From: Podarcis melisellensis | Lineage: Eukaryota | Direction: 5' to 3' (one strand) | DNA: 64,000 bases | Assembly (NCBI GenBank): GCA_964234715.1 | Contig: OZ174275.1 | In this document: positions 1 to 36,000 of the stretch, piece after piece | How positions within the stretch are numbered: position 1 is the first letter of the stretch | Layout: each line of letters opens with the position of its first letter | Notes under the pieces: model-generated | What the model saw: only the letters and a program-made list of their open reading frames with translations | What the model was told of the DNA's origin: nothing | Database searches by the model: none | Made by a program: the position numbers and the translations under genes

Positions 1-19
1 CACACAAATAGTCACTGAC

Positions 20-376
20 CTTTCTTTTTCTCACAAGTTCTCCTTGCAGACGGTTGATGTGAGCAACAGAGCCTCCTTGGATCACAGCACTGGTTGGGCG
101 AATCCGACAAACAGGCCTCGCCCCACGACACAGATTGGCGTGATGATCCCCAAAAGAAATGGTAGAAAGGGGAGATTTTCCAGTAAGCCCGTCAAGACTC
201 GGCTTGCCATTAGTAAAGGATGTTGTGGCACCAGCACCACTGCCATCGATAGTGGAAATGCCTTTGCCGCCTGCCGCGTTTTCCAGCAGAGATGGTTTCA
301 TCGACAGATTGGCCCTGTGCGGGTCTCTCTGGGACAATGTCTTTTGTGGCATATTTGAGAAGCGTTTCCTGGAAAT
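20..376 (-). CDS. Coding exon of an unidentified gene continuing off the left edge (MPQKTLSQRDPHRAN...SVAHINRLQGELVRKRK)
   Basis: Manual translation: stop-free for 119 codons. Acceptor ttctacag| before 376, ATG at 352-350, phase-0 donor AAG|gtcagt after 20. Absent from the ORF track because no stop occurs before the window edge. Confidence 0.6.
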
Positions 377-1587
377 CTGTAGAACTGCTGAGAGTTCCAG
401 TTCTACACTTTCTGGCTAAATAGCTGCTACCTCTTGCTTATCTGGTCAAAAACAGCCCTTCTACCAACTACTTGGGAGAGATAATGAAGATTGCAAGGCT
501 AGTGTGAAAAAAAGCCATCAACTAAAGGTATCACCTGGCATCAATTATTAAACTGTTACTGGAGCCCAGAATGAAAGGAGCAGAAATAGAAGCTTCAGAC
601 CAGGGATGCAAACAAGCAAAAGAAGATTTGAACTCAGACGTGCCAGGTAGTGTAAGCTGCAAGAATCTGGGCTTTTATTGCTTCAGTTAATTGATTAATT
701 GACTAAAACATCAGTCAATGGCAGTAACCGATTGTTGAAGTCAAAACTGAATTCCCAAGACTAGAAGTTAAAGCACACATTCTTTTCGGAGGTGATTTTA
801 GATCTGAAGTGTTACTGTAATAAAAAGGGAAATGTTTGACATTCCTTCTAGCTATGAATGACAACTTTCATGTACTAAGCTGCAAGCTCTTTCAGACTCC
901 TTTCAGTACCTCACAAAGGTATCTCTGTATTGATGTTTTGGACAGATAATCCTATATACACATCTGCCCAGAAGTCCCATTGACTTCAATTGGATTTACT
1001 CCCAGGTAAGTGGTATAGGTCTGTAGTAGCCTAAATTGGTTACAAAGCAGAAAACTAATCAGCTAAACATTCTGTAATTAATGGATAGACCCAATAAGCA
1101 TATTAATATAACTATTTCTTGGCTTTCCCCCCAGATGCCTATTGTCTTAATGTTTTAGCTTTTCAAAAATTCCATCTAAATCTTTATGGTTTAAGATTGC
1201 CCTCATTATTGCAGTTGAGTAGCAAAAGTTTTATGTAATTCACGAATTGTGACAGAGGTGAAAATTATGTTGCCTTTTTCCCTACAAAGCACATCATCCT
1301 GTATCATTTCTCCATATAGTTTAGTTTGCTACTCTATAAACAAAGATGGGAAGAGACTCTTAATTGAGTCAATAGTACAGGGCATATGATAGTAATGAAA
1401 GCTTGTGGTCAATTTACACATCATGCAGCTCTTGGGAGTCTTATCTTCAGACTGGATGGGAGATTTAACTTATTTCACAGGGCGTACTCTGTACTCTGTT
1501 CTGATCCAACCCATCATGTTATCAATGTTTCTTAAGGAATCAGTGGCCTCAGCCATTGTTTTGTGAAGAACCTAGCACTAATTTAGA

Positions 1588-1715
1588 GCAGGGATGGGGA
1601 ATCTGTGGCCTTCCAGATGTTGTTGGATTCCATCTACCATCATCGTTGGCTCTGCTGGTTGGGGCTGATGTGAGTTAGAAGTCCATTAACATATGAAGGG
1701 CCATATGTTCCATGC
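1588..1715. mobile_element. Palindromic hAT-type MITE (CAGGGATGGGGAA... family), degraded
   Basis: Self-complementary arms (tggccttccagatgttg ... aacatatgaagggcca); same family as 2501-2636 and 41593-41728. Confidence 0.6.
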
Positions 1716-2500
1716 TACCATTTTAGTGGGGCACATAATCCTTCTCACATAACTGACTTGGTCAGGGCTGTATGAGGGCACCCAGCAACCAATATAAAAA
1801 GCAGTAGGGTTTATAGACAGGTGTGTACGTTTGCTCCAAGTATTTATAGAATGAGTTTAGCAAGCTGAGCCAAGCTTGCTAAATTGCCTCTTGTCCATCA
1901 TCTTATTCCACATTGTTCTCTATTACATTTAGAAGACCCACTCATGGGGTCCATTTGACAACCTGCGAAAGCAGCCACAATTAAATGAAACAAGCAATCA
2001 TTAAACACACACAAAAATAACTACTGGTAATTCTGCCCTGTTTTTGTAAAAAGTAGCCATCTACCATATGTCACTGGCATTTTCTCGGCATGGCCCTCAA
2101 GCTATCTATAGAAAATTGAAGGACAAGCGACATAAAATCTAGCAATTATTCTATTTGTTTCTAGCATAGCAACTGTCTCCCCTTTTTTTGGCAGGAAATC
2201 AGACGTACCTACATTTCATATGGAGCTCCAGCACATGAGAAGTCAACAAGATTATAATCAAGGTATTAGGCAATCCAACACTTGAAAAACCTTAAAGTTT
2301 CTCAAGGAAGGAATGCACACACAGAGATAACTCAGAAGCTGTCTACATGAACAAATGGAAAACTATTTTCTCATAGAGTATCTTTTGAAAGTTTTCCGTA
2401 GCTTATAGTGGCCCTTCCTTTTAGAAACGTCCTTGAGAAAATATTACACCCTGTGTGGCACCCCCAAAGTACACCACTTATTGGTTTCTTCCATGTAAGT

Positions 2501-2636
2501 CAGGGTGGGAACCTGTGGCCTGCCAGATGTTGGTAGACTCCCAACTCCCATCATTTTTGACACTTGGGACATGCTGGCTGGTGGTGTTGAGAGCTGGAGT
2601 CCAAGAACATCTGGAAGGCCATAGGTCCCTGTCCCA
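2501..2636. mobile_element. Palindromic hAT-type MITE copy
   Basis: cagggtgggaacctgtggcctgccagatgtt ... aacatctggaaggccataggtccctg inverted arms. Confidence 0.6.
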
Positions 2637-3903
2637 GATCAAATTCTATAGGGGGGGGATAAACTATTAAACTTTATGACAGCGAGAGGTGGTTTAGAAG
2701 CAAAATTTTTACCATGGCTGGAGCAAAGCCAAAACTCTTCCTGGTCTTTTAGCATGTGCATACAATCTGCCCTACCAAAATAATGGCTTCTATCTCTCTG
2801 CTCCTCCCTAGTGAAGTTTTGATTGAGATGGTAAACTTGGGGTCACAGAGTGTAATTCTCCTTCACATACACACAATCCTCCACACAGAAGACTAGCAAG
2901 TTGGGGAAGCTAGGCTAAAAACCTCCTCAATATGTCATGTTTCCCTCAATATGTAAAGGATTACTTATTTGGGACTCGGGATGAAGCCATGTAAGCCCTT
3001 ACCTGCAACAGTCCGGACCAGCCTTTAGCAACCCTTTACATGTTTTGGACTCCAATTAGCTTTTTCCATCGTGGTACCACCATTCAATTAAAAAATGCAC
3101 AAGGGCCTGGGGGTTAAGCCAGGCATTTATAACCTTCCATGCAGATCTTAAACCCTAATTTGATAAAGCCTAAACTTTGTAACTCTTTAACAACGGTACA
3201 CATTTCCCTCCTGGGGAACTTCCACCTATTAGGTACTGTAATTAGGGAAATATAGCAAGATAAGCAAAACAGATATGCAGACCCCTCCCTTAAAGGCCAA
3301 TATAGCAGATGAGTAAGAATGAGCAATATATTTTGGCCCCGTTAACAGACCAAGCTTGCTACCAGCTCTTTTTACAATGAACCTAGAGACCCCCACAAAG
3401 AGTTTGGTAGGATCATGTGATGATATAGCCCCACCTTGAAGTGTCTCCTTCCCTTTGCTTCTTCAAATTAGATCTATTGAAAGCTACCACATAGACTCAC
3501 ACACAAAGCATGTACAAACTGGCCATGCCATGGGCAGCTCCCAAATCATTCCAGTTCAGTGAGGCAGGGAACAAAGTGATGATATCACTTTTTTTTTTAA
3601 CTGAGCATTTATCAGTCTTCTTCTTGCCTGACTCATTTACTCAGATCGCATCCCCATGTTTTGCCTTGCTGTCACTGGACTGGAAATTCATTTCATGAAT
3701 CATAGGAGTTGGACATTTGGAAACAGAATAGATCGGTTTCCCACGCTGTTACTCAGCTCTGCTAGCAGCTTCTTAGCAATGAAAGTGACTTGCAATAGGT
3801 AGGTGGGGAGATTGCGTGGATAACCACCTAGCTCTTTTAAACAGATAGAATTTCATGGGTGGGAGGGACCATACACTTTAGGTTCTCACACTGTAAGACA
3901 GTC

Positions 3904-3985
3904 TGTAAGCCGCCCTGGCTAGTGGGAGAAACCCAGCCAGATGGGTATGGTGTAAATAATAAATTATTATTATATTATTATTATT
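3904..3985 (+). mobile_element. LINE/SINE 3' tail ending in (TTA)n
   Basis: aagccgccc...cccagccagatggg...taaataataaattattattat; closely similar to 53565-53632. Confidence 0.5.
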
Positions 3986-4818
3986 TTTAGCAGTAGCAGC
4001 CGCCACCAACCTGGTGCCTTCCCCAAGTTTAAAAGGACAGGTGGTTGGGGAAGGTTGCTATAAGGAGCAGGCTCTAACATTTCCATTCTAAATTATATTA
4101 ATTTGCTTTAGAAGAACTTCAGTAGAGACTGTGCAATTCCACTAAAAGGGGACATAGTTTTCTTTAGGAAAGTTAAAGTTTTTCTATAAACGGTTTGATA
4201 AAGAGTGTTTTTCTTCAGAAACATTAATACTACCTACATTAGTGAAACACAAATTTATGAAGTGTTACATTGCTTTAGTACTTTAAAAAAGATACACTAA
4301 GTGATGTCTATCTTGAAATCAAATGAGTATTATAGAAGCAATTGTATCCCAGTGACTACTGAGACTGCTACACAGGAATGAGGAAAAACAGTTGCTTTTT
4401 TGAACAGGTAGCACTAGAACTTCAACAACAAATGGATATCCTTTGTTCTAGGGCCCATGAAAAAGATATGCTCAGTATGAAAATTCAATGGTGAAGTGTT
4501 GTATTCTTCGCCATCATCTGTACTGACCCAAAATTATAGGGCAAAGTGAGAAGGTTCCTAAAAATGACAGGTGAAAGATTTCACATGGACACTGTTCCTT
4601 CCAAAATTGTCTAGACACCCAATGTGTGAGAACAGGTAATGAAATGCACATTAAGGATAGCTTTTCCAAGTCTGTAGAATTCTACAGAGAATTATAAATT
4701 AAACCCTGAAGATATACAGTATGCCAAGTTCAACAATTCAAGAGTACTGGAATATGAGCTAACAAAACAATATTAAGAACAGTAGTAAGAGACTCTGAAC
4801 CAGATGGCAGCAACAGCT

Positions 4819-4824
4819 TTTATT
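4819..4824 (-). terminator. CTR9: Probable CTR9 polyadenylation signal (AATAAA)
   Basis: tttatt on + strand ~750 nt beyond the stop codon, followed on the minus strand by T/G-rich sequence. Confidence 0.55.
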
Positions 4825-5570
4825 AGATGCCATAAACAGATCTTTTCACTCCAAGGAGGCCTCTTAATTTATCATTTCTTTAAAAACTGCCAAGTCTCAA
4901 ATCTGACATTCATCTATATTTCCATAGCATTATTTTTATACATTTTGTTCAATTTTAGGCATTTTGCTACAGCACATATGTACTTTAACAAAACGTAAAA
5001 CTATACTTTATAAGAGCTACATAACCTGAAGGACTACTCTGTAAACCCAAACATTTTTTATATCACTTGAGAAATTCATGGGAGTTCTACCAAAATCCCT
5101 TTTCACATATATAATTTTGAAAAAGTACACTTGATCAGACTAGGCAAGACAGCATGAGCTACAGCCTTCCACTCAGTTAAATTTGCTTAAGCACCATTTG
5201 TTCCAGAAGGTCTTAAGCAAACATATCTGGATGCAGGATAACTATCCTGGTATTTTGTTTCTTCAGATCTTATGTGCACTCTGATAAAGTAAGCTTCTTA
5301 ACCCCCAATACAGCACATTGACCTCCAAGTACAGAATGCAAATAGATACTGTAGATGAACCCTGGCAAGTGTATAGTTCAGTAGAAAAAATGTTATAGGA
5401 AATGTTTCAGCTTTTTTTTTTTAATATATACTTTTCCCTAAAACACAGCTGTCCAGGTTTTTAAATCACAGTTTTCAAATATAAAATATGGATACCCTCC
5501 TCTTCCCCCCCACCCTCTTGAACCAAAATATATTTACAAAGCAGTTAATAAAACAGGTTGCAACTGAAAT

Positions 5571-29007
<23,437 letters not shown>

Positions 29008-29207
29008 NNNNNNNNNNNNNNNNNNNNNNNNNNNNNNNNNNNNNNNNNNNNNNNNNNNNNNNNNNNNNNNNNNNNNNNNNNNNNNNNNNNNNNNNNNNNN
29101 NNNNNNNNNNNNNNNNNNNNNNNNNNNNNNNNNNNNNNNNNNNNNNNNNNNNNNNNNNNNNNNNNNNNNNNNNNNNNNNNNNNNNNNNNNNNNNNNNNNN
29201 NNNNNNN
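29008..29207. other. Assembly gap (200 N)
   Basis: Run of N read directly. Confidence 1.
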
Positions 29208-29625
29208 CTCGACCTCGGAAGTGCTCGTAGGGAAGGGCGTGGAGAAGGAGAGGCGAAGGCGGCGCCACTGTCGTCGTCGTCTGTGGCTCCCGCCTCTGTT
29301 GCTCCGCCGCCTTCGCTCTCCCCGGCCTTCTCCTGCAGGGGGCAGCGGACCACGAGAGCGGGCGCCGAAAAGAGCGGCCTACCTGGGAACGGGCCTTCCT
29401 CCTCCTCCTCAGTAACATAAACGCCTTTTAAAAAAAAAGGCCGAATCCGCTCGTTATGCAGAACGGAGAGGCGGAATTCTGGACCACTTCCCTCGGACGG
29501 AGGAAAAATGTCGGAATGCCTCCGTGTAAAGGAGAAAACAGAAGCGAAACACGCACACTTATGTTAAATCGAGTGAATTAGGTCACGGATTTTATAGCAT
29601 AGCCCGTTCCCTGAGGCGCCGGTTG
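29208..29625. promoter_or_regulatory. CpG island: CTR9 5' leader/promoter, potentially bidirectional
   Basis: Abrupt GC- and CpG-rich non-repetitive segment at the 5' end of CTR9; ETS-type CGGAAGT at 29216-29222 and CACTTCC near 29485. Confidence 0.8.
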
Positions 29626-32600
29626 GTTTCACACAAGGGGATTGTAAAACCGGGGAAGAGTAAAAGTTTGCACCGCATTTTGCAGCCTAGAATTCCTTAC
29701 CAGCGCATTCTGCACAATTTGCTAAAAGAAAACGGCCGGCAGCATGGCTTGAGGCATGCCCGGAGACTGAAGTGCTTATAATGTTTAAAAGACGCAGCAG
29801 CAGTTCATAGTGCAACCAAACGCGTGTCTCCCCACAAGTAAGCCCTACTGAATTCAGTAGGGGTTACTCCCAGAAAAGTAGACGTTCAGTTGAATTCAAT
29901 GGGGTTTACTTAGGAGTAGGCATACCTATAATTGCACTTTGTTCTTGAGCGGGGTAGAAGATGCAGCTTGACATTAGTACAGGTACAAACACGGATGCAA
30001 ACTCGGCCTGCTCATTTTCTTTCACACAACCTAAACATCTACTGCTAAATCACATACTGCTAAATTTGTTGACGTTGCACCCAAATTCACTGCCTGAACA
30101 TTATTTTCAATTAAAAAATGAGCTACAGTCAACTTACCACCCCTCCTGTTTCCAAAGCAGATGTAGGACAGACCAAATGAATAACATGCAAGAGGGCCTT
30201 CAGCAATGTATGTTGTGTGTGCATACTGACTGATCCTTGTTCAAGAATAAAAGTGTTTCATATACTTCAAAGCAGTATTGTCTCCGAAATGTTGGAACAG
30301 GAACCAACCCAGGGTTCGTGTTTCCTTTGGATATGAGACACAGTGGAGATTGTGGTGTCTTTATGATATATGGCTTGTTTGCAACCTGAGCCTACATTGA
30401 AAGGGTTCAAAGCATTAAGCTCCAAGCGGGTACTGTTTCTCTCATGGCAGTGGATCAAACAGCCAGATCCCACCAACTCATTCTTCCCCCAGCTTGCAAA
30501 AAAACAACTATCTTTCTCTCAAGCTCCGCTTTTTGTGTCTGCTAACTCTCAGCTCAGGGTGAGACTCCATGCATGGTTACATGTATGTTAAATACTTGTT
30601 ATGTTAAATACTTTGAATAAAGACTAATGGAGGTGCTAAGTATTATTATTATTATGTTTCAGTGAAGTTCGTGTTATAGGACAGACACAAATTAGAAAAC
30701 ATCTCTTTGAATCTGTAGTTCACTAAACATGAATTACACATCAAGTATTTCTTCACAAAGCATGCTGTTATCAGGTAAGAGTCTTACTTCACAACTGAAT
30801 AGCTGCTCTTTTTCCTGAGCTTACATGCAGTATTGGAAAAACTTTAAAAACTGTATTGAGGAAGAGAAAGGAAACAAGCAGGTGTGGGGAAGAGTTAAGC
30901 ACTCCATTCCTGTCAATCAGTTATTTCCTGCAATAGTTCCTGTGTCCCTGCATTTCACTTACAAAGAAAGCACACATGTTCTCAGCCCTGTTTCTTGATA
31001 ATGTGGTGTTCCACCCTCACATACAAAGGTATAGAATGGCTATGGCTATGTTCCTTAATTGTTTCCCACCACTATTTCCCCACCTTCAAACCACTTGAGG
31101 AACAGTTTGGCTCCTATTTTGTCACTAATATTGCACTGCCTATTGTTTCAGGAAGAGTGTGTGATAAAGTCAGAGTGGCAGCAGAGAAACTTTATATATT
31201 TACTCAGGTATATGAATTTTCAGGATTTGTGAAAAATGCCTCTTACTGGGATCAAAAACAAAGACGTTTGGCATGGAACAGAACTCCATTTGCTACAGAT
31301 CTAGCTAGCTTCCTCCACGGCTTCCCCCACGCTAGCTGTTCTGTATGAAATCGCTATGCTATGTGTGCCTCACTCACATTTTACAGGTAGTGGGTGTCTA
31401 CCCAAGACCATCACCCATTTGTAACCCTCTCAATGCTTGTTTCATCTCTTTACTTAACACAGAAGGTCTGGGATGTTGTTGGAGAAGAACAGATAGGTAG
31501 CACCATATTTACAGGAGCAGATATCCTTAGCAATACTTTTCAGGTTGTTGTTTTTTTCAGAGGCATGATTTTGACATGGGCAGTGAGGTGTTCATACCTC
31601 ATCAAGCACACAGTATAGCCATCCTTCCTAATTGTGGGCACTGTTTGATAAAGCCATAAAAAGGCTGTAAACACTTTTCCAGCCATAATTCAAAATATAT
31701 TAAAATATTAGCAAAGTACCGCTTAAATCAGGAATAGCCAATGTAAGGCGCTCTAGATTTTGTTGGGACTGCAGCTTCCCTCATACCTTACCAGCATGGC
31801 CAGTGGCCAGGGATGATGGGAGCTGCAGTCCCCAAAACACGCAAAAGGCCCCTGGATTGAATGAAAAGGTGTTACAGCACTATAAAACGAAGAGTAAAAA
31901 TATTTTTAAGCGTGTGTCATTCCTACTTAAACACTTCCAATTCAAAATGAATGAGGAAATACTTTTTTAAAAATTCATGGGCAGTAATGGGTAAACACAA
32001 ATAGATAAGCACTTGGTGGTAAATCAGGGTGGAGAGACTGCGGCCCTCCAAGTGTTTCTGGACTGCAATACAAGAATCACAGTCCATCATCATCTACTGT
32101 TGGAAATTGTAGTCCATCCATATCGGTAGGGCCATCACTGTGCTAAATAAATAATTCTTTAATAAATTCTCACCTAAAATTAATATAATTTTTAATTGCT
32201 GCTCAGGGAAGCTGAACCATCTCCACCTACGGCAGCTACATCATGCTTCCCGGTGTTGAGTGAACACAGCAGAACATAGAGAAAATGTGTGATATCCCTA
32301 ATTAGTATGGAAATGCAATTGCAATTCTGTTTGTAGAAGAGAGCAATGATTTATACACTCCTAGGAACCACCTGTTTGGAAACAGTCAATGTTTACATAA
32401 TTCAGTCCTCTGTTTCCAGTAGTAAAAGCGTTTTTTTCTGCCTATATGCTGTTCAGGATGTTCATTTCAGTGTGCTCAATTTGTCTCTGGTTTTGGAGGT
32501 GCTAATACTTATAGATTTGGTTCTTGGATCTGGTGCTAAACGTTATGTAGGATTACAACACATGCTTCAGCAGAGCCAGTTAATATTACAAAATCTCTTT

Positions 32601-32884
32601 TCACAAACTGCCATTGTAATGTGTTAAGCTCTAAGCCCTCTAAGGTTCAGGTTAAGTACTAAGGGAACTAATGAGCACTGGGTTTTAAGTTCTGTACCTT
32701 TGTGGGAATTTGACAGCTTACACAACCATTGGCTTTGATAGAATTGTAAATTCATACCTTCTTCTGAGAGAAGGCTGATAGGAAGATTGTTCTTAGGCAT
32801 ACAGTTTCTTGAAAATGTAATCTACAGTTTTGTTTTTTAAGCGCTTTTTAAGTATCCTATCTTTCCACACCACTTTCATTTTAG

Positions 32885-33001
32885 GAAATGCCAGCTCTTT
32901 AGTTGATGAATTTGTAGCAAACAACATGTCACTCTCTGCTAATTGCTTGGAAGATGATTTAATCAACATTGCTTTTGAAGTTTGCAACACTAAAGAAACA
33001 G
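32885..33001 (+). CDS. KASH5-like exon A (first EF-hand helix; candidate ATG 32926)
   Basis: ttttag| ... MSLSANCLEDDLINIAFEVCNTKET ... G|gtacgt; cf. KASH5 LEEQILNSTFEACDPQRTG. Confidence 0.82.
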
Positions 33002-36000
33002 GTACGTTTGATGCTTTTCTAGATCTTATTCCTATGAGCAATTGGGTGTGTAGAGTCAGTGAAAGTTTGTACATTTATTTGTAACCTTTCAATAAAACTT
33101 ATCCAACCTTTCCTTATAACGTTTGCAATGTAAAATCAATTAAAATCACTGCTTCTTCCCTCCCACCCTGCTTTTTAAATAACAGAAGGTGTACCTGCAT
33201 ATGCTTTTATAAAGTATTTGGAGGATATGACTGGGCATAGCCTTGAGAATGGTAAACTGCTCATGCTCTACAACATGCTGGACCCGAAAAGGCAAAATGT
33301 TCTTGTTGACAGAGAAACGTTTCATGAAACTATGAAAGAATGGATAGCCATATGCTGTCAAGATTGGTAAGTGAAAGTCCATTTTACTCTTCTCTGCTTT
33401 CCCATTGGCTTTAATTGAGATACAATTTGATATAATTTCTAAAACGCAGAAGCAGTGGCAACAAGGCTTCTATTTCTTGTACTCTGTTCTTCATTCTTGG
33501 TCTCTGACCGCTTTGGAGCAAAGCTGGAAGCCTGCATAGTCTACAGGGTATGTAATGGGACCAGAAATAGAATGGTAAAGCCATTACGTTGTTTCCCACT
33601 GCCCAAGCCCCTTTATGCACACACCTTAAGTAGTGGAGCTACATGTTATAAAGCACATGGGTTACTTAGATTCTCTTAAGATTTACTTTTAAACTGCAGT
33701 TACAAATGTACAGGATAATGTATTTGCATTGTAATTGTAATATGGGGGCAGAAAAATTGCCAAGGAGAATTGCTGAAGAGCACATCTGTTTCCTCAAAAA
33801 TGCCACAGTTTTGGCTAGTTTTCCTAAGATGGCTTTCTTCGAACTGGGCTCTGACTCCAGAATAAGTCTTAACTGTAAGGAAAAATAGCCTGGGATGGTG
33901 GCGGAGAGGGATGTTTGTATTTGGGAAAGTGGAAACTGATAAAAGAACTGTCAACCACTGCCTCCCTGTCTACAAGTTCTTTCCCGCAAATCACCTCAGT
34001 CTCTACATTCAGGTTAATCAGCAGGTTTGGGAAACTGTTTTATAAGCCATGGTTTCTGCTATGATATTTATTTCATTTATTGTCTTTTTCTTTAGTATAG
34101 TTTTTTCCCACCCACCCCCCGGTCTATTAAGGACACATTTTGCTTATGAAAGACACACATGGAGAGGGAGGCAATAGGGGTTGGATAGTGTATAGTACAA
34201 CCAGTGCTTTTTTGCACCTGGAGCTTAGTTCTGGCAACCCTCAGGTGGGTGCCATTGCCATTATAAGAGAACCTCTTTTTCTAGATTAATAGCACTGAGT
34301 ACAACTCTGAGGTAGAATTCTTTGATTCTGTTTTGTTCCCTGCTGTTGACTTTCAGACTCATGTACTGTATGATTCCCAAGCACTCAGGTATGAAAAATT
34401 GGATTGATTGTTGCCTAGGGAGACAAACAGAGGAGTAATTTTATAGATAACATGGGCATTCTGTCTCTCCATATATTACCTCTCTGTTCTGCTGGATATA
34501 AATAAGGATGAGGCTGAAGTCAAATGTTCTCCTCTTAATTTTTTGACCTCACTATTAAGTTGACTGGGAAATGCATCCCTAATATAGTGCTGACAACTAA
34601 AACTGGAAATTCTTACTGTCAATTTCTGCTTAGCCTTTATTGCTAGCTACTTGTGGAGAAGATCTCAAGCACTTAGAGACAGTTTGAAGTGCAATCCCTA
34701 GATCATTGTTAATACAAATAAGATTTTGATCAAAATATTACTTCACAATATTTTATCACATTAATTCTAGGGTTTCTCTGTGAATTCTATAGCTTATGCT
34801 TAATATAATGAAGTTGTTTGCATAAATTCAGTAAAAGAATTTTGCAAGTTCTTGAAAAATCAACCTTACCATTACCAAATGTCTTCAGACAGTTTAAGAA
34901 CAGCTTTTTTTTTTAACCTAGCATGTCAGAAACAGAAGTTGACAAGTTCACTACTACCACTAACAGAAATCTGCATTGCAATGGTGAGTAGTTGGATGGC
35001 TTACTTCTCCAGTTATGCATTATTCTTCACAGATGTGGGTGCTATTTCTGTTAAAAGCAGAATCAATCATGACTTATTTCACTGACTACTATGAATGCAG
35101 TGTTTGTGTCAGGTCCTGTGGTACCTCGGGTTACAGATGCTTCAGGTTACAGACTCCGCTAACCCAGAAATAGTACCTTGGGTTAAGAACTTTGCTTCAG
35201 AATGAGAACAGAAATCGTGTGGTAGCGGTGCGGCGGCAGCAGGAGGCCCCATTAGCTAAAGTGGTACCTCAGGTTAAGAACAGTTTCAGGTTAAGAACGG
35301 ACCTCCAGAACAAATTAAGTTCTTAACCCGAGGTACCACTGTATCTGGAACTGGCCTTGTGGGCTGTCCTGGGAAATTTTTAATCAAATTATCCAGGAGA
35401 AGCTGTAAGTCTATGCTTAATAAAGGACAATTGCCACTACTACTGTCATTAACTTGAAGGGCATTACCCAGCACAATTTTGGTCTAGTGAATGTGGATAG
35501 AATGGGGTGTGGTGGACAGAATGTTGAATGAAATCTGGATTCAGTTCCTCACTAAGTCTTACTCAGTGGCCTAATCTACTTCTGAGGATTATTGTGAGGT
35601 TTAAATGGGATAACATCAAAGTGCACCTTCTGTTTTTCATGCGATGATTGTATTGAATTTTTATTTAAAGAAAATTAGATATGCTTAAGCTCAGCTGCCT
35701 CAAATATGCCTAACACTTGCATTACGGCCAACACCTACACATTCATTTTATGTGCCTACTTCTCACATGTTTGTGTTAGAGTTTTCCCAAAGCCTAGCTT
35801 GAAACAACCAATGTCGCCAACACAATGTCGATACGTATTGCAAAACAACATTTAATGCAACACCCTTTCCCCCCTTGAACAGATATGATGTCCTTCTTAT
35901 CTGATGAAGATGCTGACATATATGAAGGAAGACCTGGAGATTCTGAAATGGACATTTCCAAGTAATGTTTATGAATATGAAAGTTGAAGGAATTCAGCTG

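Noticed and set aside
44-419. Plus-strand ORFs 44-358 and 159-419
   Set aside because: Antisense shadows of the minus-strand exon, which has the splice signals.
32207-32304. Candidate upstream coding exon for the KASH5-like gene
   Set aside because: The frame needed to join exon A contains a stop; at most a 5'UTR exon.
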